64,000 nucleotides of DNA, from NCBI GenBank assembly GCA_964632315.1, contig CAZWEM010000015.1, positions 20,521 through 84,520 on the forward strand. Reading direction: 5' to 3'. Origin of the DNA: an uncultured archaeon (GTDB lineage: Archaea > Asgardarchaeota > Lokiarchaeia > Sigyniarchaeales > SOKP01). Below the pieces are notes generated by a model. The model saw only the letters and a list, made by a program, of their open reading frames with translations, did no database searches and was not told where the DNA came from. Positions 9,963-19,608 of the stretch are shown piece by piece (position 1 is the first letter of the stretch; each line of letters opens with the position of its first letter). The translations under genes and the position numbers were made by a program.

Positions 9963-10582
9963 GGTTTAATCTTAGCTATTCTTATTATCTTATGTATTTT
10001 AATCCCTCTATAGATTGCAGTTGAGATTACCAAGATTAAAAATCCAAATAAAAATTCATTCAGAAACCCAATATAAGTTGATATTAAGGATATTAAGAAA
10101 ATATAAAATAGGCGTTCAGATCTAGCCATTAAACCAATATCATAATTCCCTTTGTGAAAGGTTTGAGCTCTTGATCTTGAATAGCTAATCATTAATGACC
10201 CAAAAAGGGAAGAGAAAACAACAAATCTCATATCAATTAAGAACCAGAGAGTTTGATCCCATCTATTAATTAATAAAGCTAGTAATATTATGAACTCACT
10301 CAATCGATCCATAAAAGAGTCGAAGAATCCCCCAAATTTTGTCTCTCTTTCATTTAATCTGGCTAAAGCACCATCAATACCATCAAAGACTCCTGTGATA
10401 AACACCATTACTCCAAACCAAAAATAGGCTTTAAAATATACTAAAAAGAAAAAGCTAATTAATGAGCATACAAGCATTATAACTGTTGCTCCGTTCGGGC
10501 TCAATCCAATCTTGCTACATCCTTTTGCCAAACCTTTTATTAAAGGTTTGAAAAGTCGTCTCAATCGAATTTTTGAGGGCAT
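9953..10582 (-). CDS. CDP-alcohol phosphatidyltransferase (archaetidylinositol-phosphate synthase-like)
   Basis: DGIDGALAR...FGGFFDSFMDR signature; SYSRSRA, GLMARSER. Confidence 0.92.
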   Translation of the reverse strand: MPSKIRLRRLFKPLIKGLAKGCSKIGLSPNGATVIMLVCSLISFFFLVYFKAYFWFGVMVFITGVFDGIDGALARLNERETKFGGFFDSFMDRLSEFIILLALLINRWDQTLWFLIDMRFVVFSSLFGSLMISYSRSRAQTFHKGNYDIGLMARSERLFYIFLISLISTYIGFLNEFLFGFLILVISTAIYRGIKIHKIIRIAKIKPHL

Positions 10583-10603
10583 TTTATATTGGACAAATTA
10601 ATT

Positions 10604-11398
10604 TTAATCTACATCTTCGATAATTTGGTCGATATATTTGAAAGCTGTTATTCCCATAATGAATGCTATAAATATACTGATTAGATATAACAAATCAATG
10701 TTTAAATTAAATAAGATAAAGACATCCGCTCTGATAAAGATCTGTTGATAAATAACTTCACTATACATCAATGAATTCGAGATTATTATCATATAAAACG
10801 CAATAAAAATTAAAATGCTTCCTAAAATATTAAACACTGCTGGTCTTCTTTGCTTAAATAGTAAACTTATTACTGCAGTCGTACTAAATAATATGAAGGA
10901 AGATAAAGAGAGAATGAATTGTAGCATTAAATAAAGTTGAAAATTTGAAACAGTAAAGGAATAATGAATTTGATTATCAAAAATTACTGTGCTTGATCCA
11001 ACCAGAAATAAAAGTGAAAATACAAAATTAATAATGGTGAATAAACCACCAAAACAATTTATATAAAAGTAGGTTTTTGAGATTTTTAAAACATCGACAT
11101 TTAAATTTTTTACACTGTTTATAAAGAAATCTTCTTTTAAAATAGCAACCTCTCTAATTATATCCCGAGGAGCCTTTCTATTAACCTTTTTAAATTTATA
11201 GGTAGCATGCTGGTTTTTTAACTGATCCAATGAATTTCTCGCTTTGTTCCTCTTTCTAGCTGAACTTTTTTTGCCTTCAAAATACCAAATCAAATTCCTA
11301 GAAGGATCAACTATTACAGCAACATCTTTTTCATTGATTCCCTCGGTTTTATACCATTGTTTACTTTTGAATTTATATGTTAAAAGGTTAGAAGACAT
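10604..11398 (-). CDS. Gelsolin-like N-terminal domain fused to 4 TM helices
   Basis: INEKDVAVIVDPSRNLIWYFEGKKSSARKRNKA resembles the gelsolin-repeat core; four hydrophobic helices in C-terminal half. Confidence 0.6.
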   Translation of the reverse strand: MSSNLLTYKFKSKQWYKTEGINEKDVAVIVDPSRNLIWYFEGKKSSARKRNKARNSLDQLKNQHATYKFKKVNRKAPRDIIREVAILKEDFFINSVKNLNVDVLKISKTYFYINCFGGLFTIINFVFSLLFLVGSSTVIFDNQIHYSFTVSNFQLYLMLQFILSLSSFILFSTTAVISLLFKQRRPAVFNILGSILIFIAFYMIIISNSLMYSEVIYQQIFIRADVFILFNLNIDLLYLISIFIAFIMGITAFKYIDQIIEDVD

Positions 11399-11515
11399 AG
11401 TGAAATCTTAAAATTCTTTTCATTTTTAAGTTATAGTTTATTATAACATAATATATCTTATTTATATTTATAATTCTAAATTAGTCTAAAGCATCAATTA
11501 TCGGTGATATTTCAT

Positions 11516-11740
11516 TTGAAGTTGCGATTAGTGTTTAAAACTAAATCTAAAAGGAATAAGGTTGTTACTCTAAAAATTCACATCGCACCTTCGAAACATT
11601 TAGGTTTCATAAATTTTGTAAATCTTGCTCTTAATCAAAGCAAACCAGTTAATTTATGTATTGAAAAAATCGGAGACTCAGGAGAGATAGAACGGATTGG
11701 AATCGAGGGTTTTTTTGAATTTCAATCCAAGGGGGTTTAA
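11516..11740 (+). CDS. Small basic hypothetical protein, paralog A of tandem pair
   Basis: GGTGA SD then TTG 11516 (MKLRLVFKTK); clearly alignable with next gene. Confidence 0.75.
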   Translation: MKLRLVFKTKSKRNKVVTLKIHIAPSKHLGFINFVNLALNQSKPVNLCIEKIGDSGEIERIGIEGFFEFQSKGV

Positions 11741-11745
11741 AACAA

Positions 11746-12051
11746 ATGAAATTACGTCTAGCACTTAATACAAAAACTAAAAATGAAAAATATATATCCA
11801 TTAAATTTAACATAGCTCCATCAAAGCAGCAAGGAATTCTTAACTTTATTCAACTTGCTTCTTCTAAAAATCAACCCGTCTCAATATCATTTGAAAAAAT
11901 AAGTAAATCTGGAGAAAGAGAAGAAAGTAAAATTGCAGGTAATTTTAAATTTACTGTTAAAGATCCCACTCAATTGCAGCTACTCATAGAAGAGGTAAGT
12001 GGTAGAGTAAAACGTCGCAAAAAGTTACACCAGAAAAGAACTCATAAATGA
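11746..12051 (+). CDS. Small basic hypothetical protein, paralog B of tandem pair
   Basis: Shares MKLRL..KTK, IAPSK..G..NF..LA, PV...EKI..SGE.E with preceding gene; basic C-terminal tail. Confidence 0.8.
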   Translation: MKLRLALNTKTKNEKYISIKFNIAPSKQQGILNFIQLASSKNQPVSISFEKISKSGEREESKIAGNFKFTVKDPTQLQLLIEEVSGRVKRRKKLHQKRTHK

Positions 12052-12801
12052 TTATAAGAGATTGATAAACCCTAATTTAATCAAATTTTTACAAACATTA
12101 TAAACTTGTTCCTGTTTAACTTGCAACTTTTCTGAAATCTCACTAATTGACTTGATCCCATCTATTTGATTAAAAACATTCTGGGAAAGCTCCCCAGTTA
12201 AATAATGCTTTGGATTAATTTTTTGCGAACAAGCATAATTGGGAACTTGAGAACAATAAGTTGGAAACTCGCTAACTGATTTTCTTTCATTCTTTAATGC
12301 TTTCAAGTCCTTCTCTTCAATTAATTTTTCTTCAACACTCTTAAAAAGTTCTACAACTCTTTCTTTAAATTTAGTATCAGTTTCTTCTAGTTCTTCATTG
12401 TGATATTTTTTTAAAATTTTCTCGAAGGAGTTAAATTCATCTCTGCGACCACTCCAATTTAAAATTTGGTTAATATTAAATTTTTTAAGAAATGTATTCG
12501 AAACTTTTCTTAGAATTCTCTGAACATTCACTCCTTTAGATTTTTCATCGTATGTTGCTAGATAAATTAAATTAGGGATAGCATTTTCCTTTAAAAAAGA
12601 TAATTTTAATTCATTATTAGAAAGCTTTAATTCACTAATTGTTCCAAGATCTTCAAAAGAATCCGAGAAAGAATTAAGCGCGGTAAAAAAGCCTGAAATT
12701 AAGATTAAAGAATCTCCATGACAGAATGTATTACTTGGATTGGAAAAATTTTTTACTAAAAGCGGTAAACCATCTTTAATAATAATGAAATCATGAATCA
12801 T
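12052..12801 (-). CDS. Longin-domain protein with C-terminal winged helix (NPRL2/NPR2-like architecture)
   Basis: IIIKDGLPLL, LISGFFTALNSFS, WSG longin motifs; IDGIKSISEISEKL...CKNLIKLGFI wHTH. Confidence 0.7.
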   Translation of the reverse strand: MIHDFIIIKDGLPLLVKNFSNPSNTFCHGDSLILISGFFTALNSFSDSFEDLGTISELKLSNNELKLSFLKENAIPNLIYLATYDEKSKGVNVQRILRKVSNTFLKKFNINQILNWSGRRDEFNSFEKILKKYHNEELEETDTKFKERVVELFKSVEEKLIEEKDLKALKNERKSVSEFPTYCSQVPNYACSQKINPKHYLTGELSQNVFNQIDGIKSISEISEKLQVKQEQVYNVCKNLIKLGFINLL

Positions 12802-12966
12802 GTGTTTTTTTCCAATTCAATTTCTATCAATATTTTTCTTAAAATATGTTTAAATAGTGAAATGAAAACCTTTAACAAAAAATTTAAAGTTCCCGAAAAG
12901 AAAAAAAAAAGTAATACCAAGATATTATCTTTTAAATTTTAAAAGCAACTAGATTACTAGGTATTA

Positions 12967-14067
12967 ATGATAAAAATTAGATCTCCGGGTCGTATTTGCT
13001 TATTTGGGGAGCACCAAGACTATCTTGGGTTTCCAATAATTTCGTTAGCAATCTCTAAATACATCTTTATAGAAGCAAAAAAAATAACCAAACCCCTTTT
13101 TTCAATTCATTTTCCAGATACAGGGATTGATATGGAAATTAAGTTGAATAACAAAGAATTATCTTACGATTCTAATAGAGATTATATCAAGAGCGGATAT
13201 AATCATTATATTAGAAAAGGAATAAAGTTATTAGATGGCCACGACATAAAAATAACTGGAAATATTCCAATTAACGCAGGTGTGGCAAGCTCCTCAGCTT
13301 TAGTGATCGCTTGGTTATATTTTCTTTCTATTATCAGTGATCAAAAAATAGATCCGTATAAATTGGCACTTGAAGGATATAAAGTTGAAGTTGAAGAGTT
13401 TAATGAAGCGGGAGGGATGATGGATCATTTTTCATCTGTTTTTGGACAATTAATCTTTTTAAAAAGCCAAGTTCCAGAACCGTTCCTCATTCATTATGAT
13501 TTATCAATTGATGGTTTTATATTGGGTAACTCGATGGAAAAGAAATCTACAGTCGAGGATTTAAAGAACGTAAAAAAGCTTTCCCTCCATTCTTTTGAAA
13601 TTTTAAAAGAAATTATGCCCACTTTCAACATGCTTAAAACCCCCATAAAGGAAATTCTTCCGTATATGGAAAGCATGGAGAAGAAATATAGAGAAAAAAT
13701 TATTGGTAACTTAAATAATAGAGATATTACGATAAAAGCCAAGATCTTATTGGATGAATATTATAAAAACAAAGAAAATTATACAAAGAGTCAAAGAAAT
13801 CATTTTTATTCTGAATTGGGGTGTTTACTAAACTCGCATCATCATTATTTACGAGATAACATTGGAGTTTCAACCAAAAAAATTGAAGAGATGGTAAATG
13901 AATGCATAAATAATGGGGCGTTAGGTTCTAAAATCAATGGTTCTGGATTCGGGGGAACAATGTTTGCTCTTGCTCCTGAAAATGAACAGAAAATTGTGAA
14001 TATCTTAGAATTATTAGGATATGAATCAAGCATTTTAAAGACTAGCAAAGGGGTTGAGAGCTATTAA
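12967..14067 (+). CDS. galK: Galactokinase / GHMP sugar kinase
   Basis: SPGRICLFGEHQDY, IPINAGVASSSA, GMMD, KINGSGFGG. Confidence 0.85.
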   Translation: MIKIRSPGRICLFGEHQDYLGFPIISLAISKYIFIEAKKITKPLFSIHFPDTGIDMEIKLNNKELSYDSNRDYIKSGYNHYIRKGIKLLDGHDIKITGNIPINAGVASSSALVIAWLYFLSIISDQKIDPYKLALEGYKVEVEEFNEAGGMMDHFSSVFGQLIFLKSQVPEPFLIHYDLSIDGFILGNSMEKKSTVEDLKNVKKLSLHSFEILKEIMPTFNMLKTPIKEILPYMESMEKKYREKIIGNLNNRDITIKAKILLDEYYKNKENYTKSQRNHFYSELGCLLNSHHHYLRDNIGVSTKKIEEMVNECINNGALGSKINGSGFGGTMFALAPENEQKIVNILELLGYESSILKTSKGVESY

Positions 14068-14152
14068 TAAATCAATGGAAGAGTATTTAAAAGCTTAAAT
14101 AGACAAAATACAAAATAATATCATAATACATTTGATGCTATTTTTATAAGAT

Positions 14153-15772
14153 GTGATCATTATGAGGATCCGAAAAAGAAAGAATTTAATTTATAAATAT
14201 TCTGTTGTAAGTTTTCTATTAGCTCTTCCCATTATTGGATTTTTCTCCTATGTTGGATTTGCCTTATATATAGTCGATGATGTAGCTACTTTTACTTTCG
14301 AATTAGATCCTCCAAATTCAGAATATTTCATTCCAATTAATCAAATTGAAGGAAACTTTACATTCATGAAAAAAATGGCAGATACTTATGACATTCAACT
14401 TGAACGATATCATATGCCTTCAAATATTAGTATTGATGTAATTTTCTCTAATGGGAGCTATAATGAGGTTTCTGAATGGCTTGGCACAGATAATGGAGCC
14501 CTGCATCTAGGTTATACTTTAGCCTCACAATGTTTTAGATATAAATATGCTGTGGATAACGGTGATACTGATGAAATTATAAATGCTACTAGAATGGTTA
14601 AGAAATGCGTGACTGGATTTAGTAACATGTTAGCCGCTCCTAATGGGGGAATAGGTCCAGATTATCCTGGAACACCTGCAAGATTCGTTTCCTCTCCTGA
14701 AAATAGAAAATATCACGAATGGTTATTTGCTGAGCATCCCCGACATTTTAATGGTACAGGAATATATAAAAATTGGCGCGTACGCTTGCATACTAGCAGA
14801 GATGAACTTGCTGGCTATTATTTAGGATTTGCAAGTGTTTTGAAATTCATTGATCCTTCTATAAATGAAGAGAGTCGATGGTGTGTTGAGCGAATAACTT
14901 TATTAGTTGAACAACTAATAGAAGGGTTTAAGAAAACTAATTGGTTAGTTTTAGGCGGAGAAGGAGAACCGGTGGGCTCTGATCTAAATGTTTATTTTCC
15001 AAATACTATTTGGCGTCTTGTCTTACTCAGAATTGGTGCTACTGCGTCCCCAGAAAAATATGATTCACTTTACCAATATGAAGCTACCAAAGTGATGTCT
15101 ATGTTTGGAGCAGGAGTATCCAGCCCTCAAAACACTTTTTATGATACCTATGCATTAGCCTTTAGTATGGATGTTGTATTTTCTTTAATTATTTTGGAAG
15201 ACAACCCAATACTACAACAGCATTACATAAAAAATTTTGAAACGGGATTTTATGATTACTTAAGATATCATCGGAATGCATTTTACAATATCCTCCACTT
15301 AACATATATGACTTTAATTCCGGATGCAACCATTTATGAAGATCATAATTATAATGATGAAAATATCAAATGGGATGTTTTAGATCAACTATGGAGGTTT
15401 AACACCTCGGGATGGGGAGATGGAGTAAGAAATTATAATTTAACTATTCGACCTAATTCTACTAGAGCAACTAGTTTAAATCCCGAAATTAGAGCAATGT
15501 TGACAGAAGATAAAAAAGCTAAATGGAATGATTTTTTCGAAAATAATGTATATGGGAGTCTTTTTTCTTGGGTTGGAGATGAATTCGATTTTGACGATCC
15601 ATTATATCTAAAACCATTAACAGTATCAGAAATGGGCGTACACCATTTTCTATGGGAGCATGGTAAATTTTACGGAAATGGAGGAGATCCTAACGGAAAT
15701 GGATTGCGTGAAGTAATACCAAATTCCTATTTAGTTGTGTATTGGTTAGGAAAAGCTATGGATATCTTCTAA
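14153..15772 (+). CDS. N-terminally membrane-anchored extracellular hypothetical protein (probable alpha/alpha toroid)
   Basis: Basic N-terminus plus one TM; aromatic/acidic motifs DNGALHLG, TSRDELAGYY, YLVVYWLGK; many N-x-S/T sequons. Confidence 0.6.
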   Translation: MIIMRIRKRKNLIYKYSVVSFLLALPIIGFFSYVGFALYIVDDVATFTFELDPPNSEYFIPINQIEGNFTFMKKMADTYDIQLERYHMPSNISIDVIFSNGSYNEVSEWLGTDNGALHLGYTLASQCFRYKYAVDNGDTDEIINATRMVKKCVTGFSNMLAAPNGGIGPDYPGTPARFVSSPENRKYHEWLFAEHPRHFNGTGIYKNWRVRLHTSRDELAGYYLGFASVLKFIDPSINEESRWCVERITLLVEQLIEGFKKTNWLVLGGEGEPVGSDLNVYFPNTIWRLVLLRIGATASPEKYDSLYQYEATKVMSMFGAGVSSPQNTFYDTYALAFSMDVVFSLIILEDNPILQQHYIKNFETGFYDYLRYHRNAFYNILHLTYMTLIPDATIYEDHNYNDENIKWDVLDQLWRFNTSGWGDGVRNYNLTIRPNSTRATSLNPEIRAMLTEDKKAKWNDFFENNVYGSLFSWVGDEFDFDDPLYLKPLTVSEMGVHHFLWEHGKFYGNGGDPNGNGLREVIPNSYLVVYWLGKAMDIF

Positions 15773-15930
15773 TACTCTTTTTATTTTGAGTTTCTCTCAT
15801 TAAAATTGCAAGAGATATGCTTAACAAAGTATATTCAAATAACGGTCTACGGATCTTTTTTTAAATTATAATTATAAAACTGATATAATAAAATAGATTA
15901 TATAAATAAATACTATAAATTTGAAATCTT

Positions 15931-16482
15931 ATGGAAAATAAACGTTATTACTCTAAAAAGAGTTATGAAGCTCCAATGAGCATTTTTGGTACAGCGATCG
16001 TTTTCATAATAGTTGGAGTTATTTCGCTGGTGTTTAATACCCTACAATTTGATTTTATTGGATTAAGATATTGGGGTTATTGGCTCTTTATTCCCGCTTT
16101 CTTTATATCTATTGGAGGCTTTACACAAATTTACACCAATAGAAACTTCAAAAAGGCAGTAAGAGTTGCCATAATGGATAGGAATTACCAAGGTACTCAT
16201 AAATTAGAAGATATAGCTTTAGAAGTTGGAATCAAGCCAAAAGATGTTCTAAGAGTCTTAGTCGATTTGAGAGCAAGTGGTTTTGTCAAATATAAATTTA
16301 ATTCTCAAACTGGAGAAATTGAATTAGGAGAAGGAATCGTTTATAAACAATCCGATAATTTCGTTCCTCCGCCTAAAAAAATTGAGGCTCCACTTCCCAC
16401 AAAAGGCAATTATTGTGTATACTGTGGTCAGCAACTGCGTGAAGGAGCACAATTTTGTGAAAATTGTGGGTCAAAAATATAA
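15931..16482 (+). CDS. 2-TM membrane protein with wHTH/PCI-like domain and C-terminal zinc ribbon
   Basis: Two TM helices; LEDIALEVGIKPKDVLRVLVDL; CVYCG...FCENCGSKI. Confidence 0.75.
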   Translation: MENKRYYSKKSYEAPMSIFGTAIVFIIVGVISLVFNTLQFDFIGLRYWGYWLFIPAFFISIGGFTQIYTNRNFKKAVRVAIMDRNYQGTHKLEDIALEVGIKPKDVLRVLVDLRASGFVKYKFNSQTGEIELGEGIVYKQSDNFVPPPKKIEAPLPTKGNYCVYCGQQLREGAQFCENCGSKI

Positions 16483-16484
16483 TA

Positions 16485-16503
16485 TTTTTTCTTTTTTTTT
16501 TTT
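16485..16503 (+). terminator. Archaeal oligo-T terminator candidate
   Basis: Long T-tract immediately after the stop at 16482. Confidence 0.5.
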
Positions 16504-16561
16504 AAAAAATTAAATTCTAACATGTATTTAATTCATTTAACAACAATAAAGATGAAATTAA

Positions 16562-17599
16562 ATGCAGAAAAAAGTGCTGACATTTGGAGAAATAATGTTA
16601 AGACTATCACCTCCCTATTATAAAAGGTTCACTCAAGCAAGTTCTTTTGATGTGATATATGGAGGGGGAGAAGCAAATGTTGCAGTTTCACTAAGTAATT
16701 TTGGAATCTCCGTGGATTTTGTTTCTCGTCTTCCTGATAATGATATTGGAACTGCGTGTATTCAATTTCTTAAACAATTCGGAATTAATACTAATAAAAT
16801 ACTAAGAGGCGGAGAAAGAATTGGTATATATTTTCTTGAAGTAGGTGCTTCTGCTCGGCCAAGTAAAGTAATTTATGACAGGGACTATTCCGCAATTTCA
16901 ACAGCTTCACCAGATATGTTCGACTGGGATGAAATTCTGAAAGACGTCAGCTGGTTCCATATAACAGGGATTACTCCTGCTATTTCTCAAAACTTAGCGG
17001 ATATTTGTATGGATGCTTTAAAAACAGCTAAGGACAGAGGAATCGTAATTTCATGCGATTTAAATTATCGGAGTAAATTATGGGGTTATGGAAAAAGGCC
17101 TTCAGAAGTTATGCCTGAATTAGTTAAACTGTGCGATCACGTTATAGGAAACGAAGAGGATGCTGAAAAAGTACTCGGAATCAAGGCCCCGAATACTGAT
17201 ATCACATCTGGAGAGATTAATCCCGAGAATTACGAGTTTGTTGTTAAGGAAATGCATCAAAGATTTCCAAACCTCAAAAGTTCAGCAATCACGTTGAGAG
17301 GATCGATTTCTGCTAGTCATAATACTTGGGCAGCTGTACTTTATAATGGAAGCAAGCTTTATATCAGTCCTCATTATGAAATTACTCACATAGTTGATCG
17401 AGTAGGAGGCGGTGATTCTTTTGTTGCAGGACTAATATATGGATTTCTTACTTTTAACAATGATTATCAAAAAATATTGAACTTCGCTGTTGCCGCCTCT
17501 TGTTTAAAGCATACGATTTTCGGTGACTTTAATCTGGTTTCAGTCGAAGAAGTTGAAAATATAATGAAAGGAAATGTTTCAGGAAGAGTTTCCCGATAG
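16562..17599 (+). CDS. kdgK: 2-keto-3-deoxygluconate kinase (PfkB family)
   Basis: FGEIMLRLSP, GGGEANVA, DLNYRSKLW, DRVGGGDSF. Confidence 0.9.
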   Translation: MQKKVLTFGEIMLRLSPPYYKRFTQASSFDVIYGGGEANVAVSLSNFGISVDFVSRLPDNDIGTACIQFLKQFGINTNKILRGGERIGIYFLEVGASARPSKVIYDRDYSAISTASPDMFDWDEILKDVSWFHITGITPAISQNLADICMDALKTAKDRGIVISCDLNYRSKLWGYGKRPSEVMPELVKLCDHVIGNEEDAEKVLGIKAPNTDITSGEINPENYEFVVKEMHQRFPNLKSSAITLRGSISASHNTWAAVLYNGSKLYISPHYEITHIVDRVGGGDSFVAGLIYGFLTFNNDYQKILNFAVAASCLKHTIFGDFNLVSVEEVENIMKGNVSGRVSR

Positions 17600-17604
17600 A
17601 AATT

Positions 17605-18753
17605 ATGGCACCTATTCAAACAAATAAGCAAGCAATTCTCAATATTTTCGATCATAAAAAAATAGACCATATTGTATTCAGTCCAAGAATCTATTATTGG
17701 TACCTAGGTAATAAATTGTTTCTAAAACGCCTCAAGAATCCAAATCGCAGCATTCCTGATTATTTTGTTGGTAAATCACAAATGGAAATTTATCGAATGT
17801 TATCCGTTAGCCCTCGATATGTATATGAAACACTCTATTTTGATTTAATTGAAACTAAAATAGATCCGGAATCAAACATAATCATTAAAAGAAAAAGTGG
17901 TTCAAAGGAGGGTGAAACGATAGTTTCCTATAAAACACCTTTGGGAAACCTCAAACAAGTAGAAAGCGTGGGGGGAGGGTTAGGAGCTCACCCTACTGAA
18001 TACCCTATCAAATCATTGGATGATATAAAAATTATGGAATACATCCTAGAAAACACATATTGTTCTTTTTCAAATAAAAACTTCATTAAAGCTGAGAGAC
18101 AATTTAGAGATTTAGGCGTTGTCAGTACTTATCTAAGTCACTCTCCATTTCAAAAATTAATAACGGAGCTTATGGGATTTTCAAGGACTATTTTATTCTT
18201 AAAACGTTACCCGCGACAAATAGAAAACTTCATGAATGTTTTGGAAGACTGGGATGATCTACTTTATAGAGAAATCATTCATACGCCCATTAAAATTATA
18301 AATTTTGGAGAAAATATCGATGGAAATTTAAGTCCTCCTCATTATTTTGAAAAATACCTCATTCCTTATTATCAAAAAAGAGTAAAGCAAATTCATCAAT
18401 CAGATAAGTTTTGTCACATTCATATGGATGGATCATTAAGAGATTTATTGCCTTTTTTGGAAGAATTACCATTTGATGGTATTGAAGCATTAACAGCCTA
18501 TCCACAGGGTGATGTGAGTTTGCAAGAAATAAAAGATTCAATTGGAAATAAAATCCTTTTGGATGGAATTCCTTCTGTTTTATTTCTGCCACAATACTCC
18601 AATGATTATGTAAAATCATATACTAAGGATGTTATCGAGCTTTTTTATCCTAACCTTATTTTAGGTGTATCTGATGAATTAAGTCCTAATGGAGAAATAT
18701 CCAAGATTGAACTAATCGCTGACATTGTGAGAAATTATGCTGATAAGATCTAA
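17605..18753 (+). CDS. Uroporphyrinogen decarboxylase / MtaA-CmuA methyltransferase family protein
   Basis: YKTPLGNL, EYPIKS..D, LSP..FEKY..PYY, HMDG, ILGVSDE. Confidence 0.75.
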   Translation: MAPIQTNKQAILNIFDHKKIDHIVFSPRIYYWYLGNKLFLKRLKNPNRSIPDYFVGKSQMEIYRMLSVSPRYVYETLYFDLIETKIDPESNIIIKRKSGSKEGETIVSYKTPLGNLKQVESVGGGLGAHPTEYPIKSLDDIKIMEYILENTYCSFSNKNFIKAERQFRDLGVVSTYLSHSPFQKLITELMGFSRTILFLKRYPRQIENFMNVLEDWDDLLYREIIHTPIKIINFGENIDGNLSPPHYFEKYLIPYYQKRVKQIHQSDKFCHIHMDGSLRDLLPFLEELPFDGIEALTAYPQGDVSLQEIKDSIGNKILLDGIPSVLFLPQYSNDYVKSYTKDVIELFYPNLILGVSDELSPNGEISKIELIADIVRNYADKI

Positions 18754-18807
18754 AAATATTTTAACTATTGACTTCTTTTTTACACAATTAAAGGAAAGTC
18801 CGATAAA

Positions 18808-19605
18808 ATGTCAGAACAAGATAAAATGATCCTTACTGCCACGACAGCAAACTCGTGGATTTACCCCGAAGTTCAAAATTGGGCAGATAATTTAGATGAT
18901 TTGATTAAAGATGTCATTGAGTGTTATGAAGCAGGTGCCACAATGGCTCATGTCCATCTCCCAAGAGGTTTTGAAAGTGAAACCGTGAAAAGAATTAGAG
19001 AAAATTGTGATATTATTATTCAGGGAGGAATGTCAAGTGATATCATTCCAGATAGAAAAGGAGATTTTGAAGCAAAACCAGACATGCTTTCAATTATTCT
19101 CAATCATCATGATGAGCATTTTACACAAGTGAGCCTAAATCGACTTCACACACTTGAAGAATTAGAAGAATATTGTATTAAATGTAAAGAATATAAAATT
19201 AAACCCGAATGGGAAGTTTGGCACACTGGTTCTTTTTGGAACCTGAATTTTTTAATAGATAAAAATTTAATTGCACCTCCACATGTTTTAACGCTATTTT
19301 TTAACTGGCCAGGTGGAACATGGTCCCCTCCTACAGCAGAGGAGTATCTCCACCGTATCAAGTACATGCCCCCCAACTCTCTACATACTATAAGCGTAAT
19401 GGGAGAAAATCAAACTAAAATCGCAATTTTAGCCATCTCTCACGGTGGCAATGTTCGAGTTGGTACAGAGGATTTTCCATTCATCAGAAAGGGGATCCCA
19501 GCAATAAATAATGCTGAGATTGTAGCAAGGATGGTACGTATTAGCAAAGAAATGGGAAGGGATGTGGCGGATCCATCTGAAGGAAGAAAGATTATTGGTA
19601 TATAG
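18808..19605 (+). CDS. Beta-keto acid cleavage enzyme (BKACE/DUF849, Kce family)
   Basis: EAGATMAHVH Zn motif, KPEWEVWH, GGNVRVGTED, NAEIV. Confidence 0.88.
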   Translation: MSEQDKMILTATTANSWIYPEVQNWADNLDDLIKDVIECYEAGATMAHVHLPRGFESETVKRIRENCDIIIQGGMSSDIIPDRKGDFEAKPDMLSIILNHHDEHFTQVSLNRLHTLEELEEYCIKCKEYKIKPEWEVWHTGSFWNLNFLIDKNLIAPPHVLTLFFNWPGGTWSPPTAEEYLHRIKYMPPNSLHTISVMGENQTKIAILAISHGGNVRVGTEDFPFIRKGIPAINNAEIVARMVRISKEMGRDVADPSEGRKIIGI

Positions 19606-19608
19606 GTT

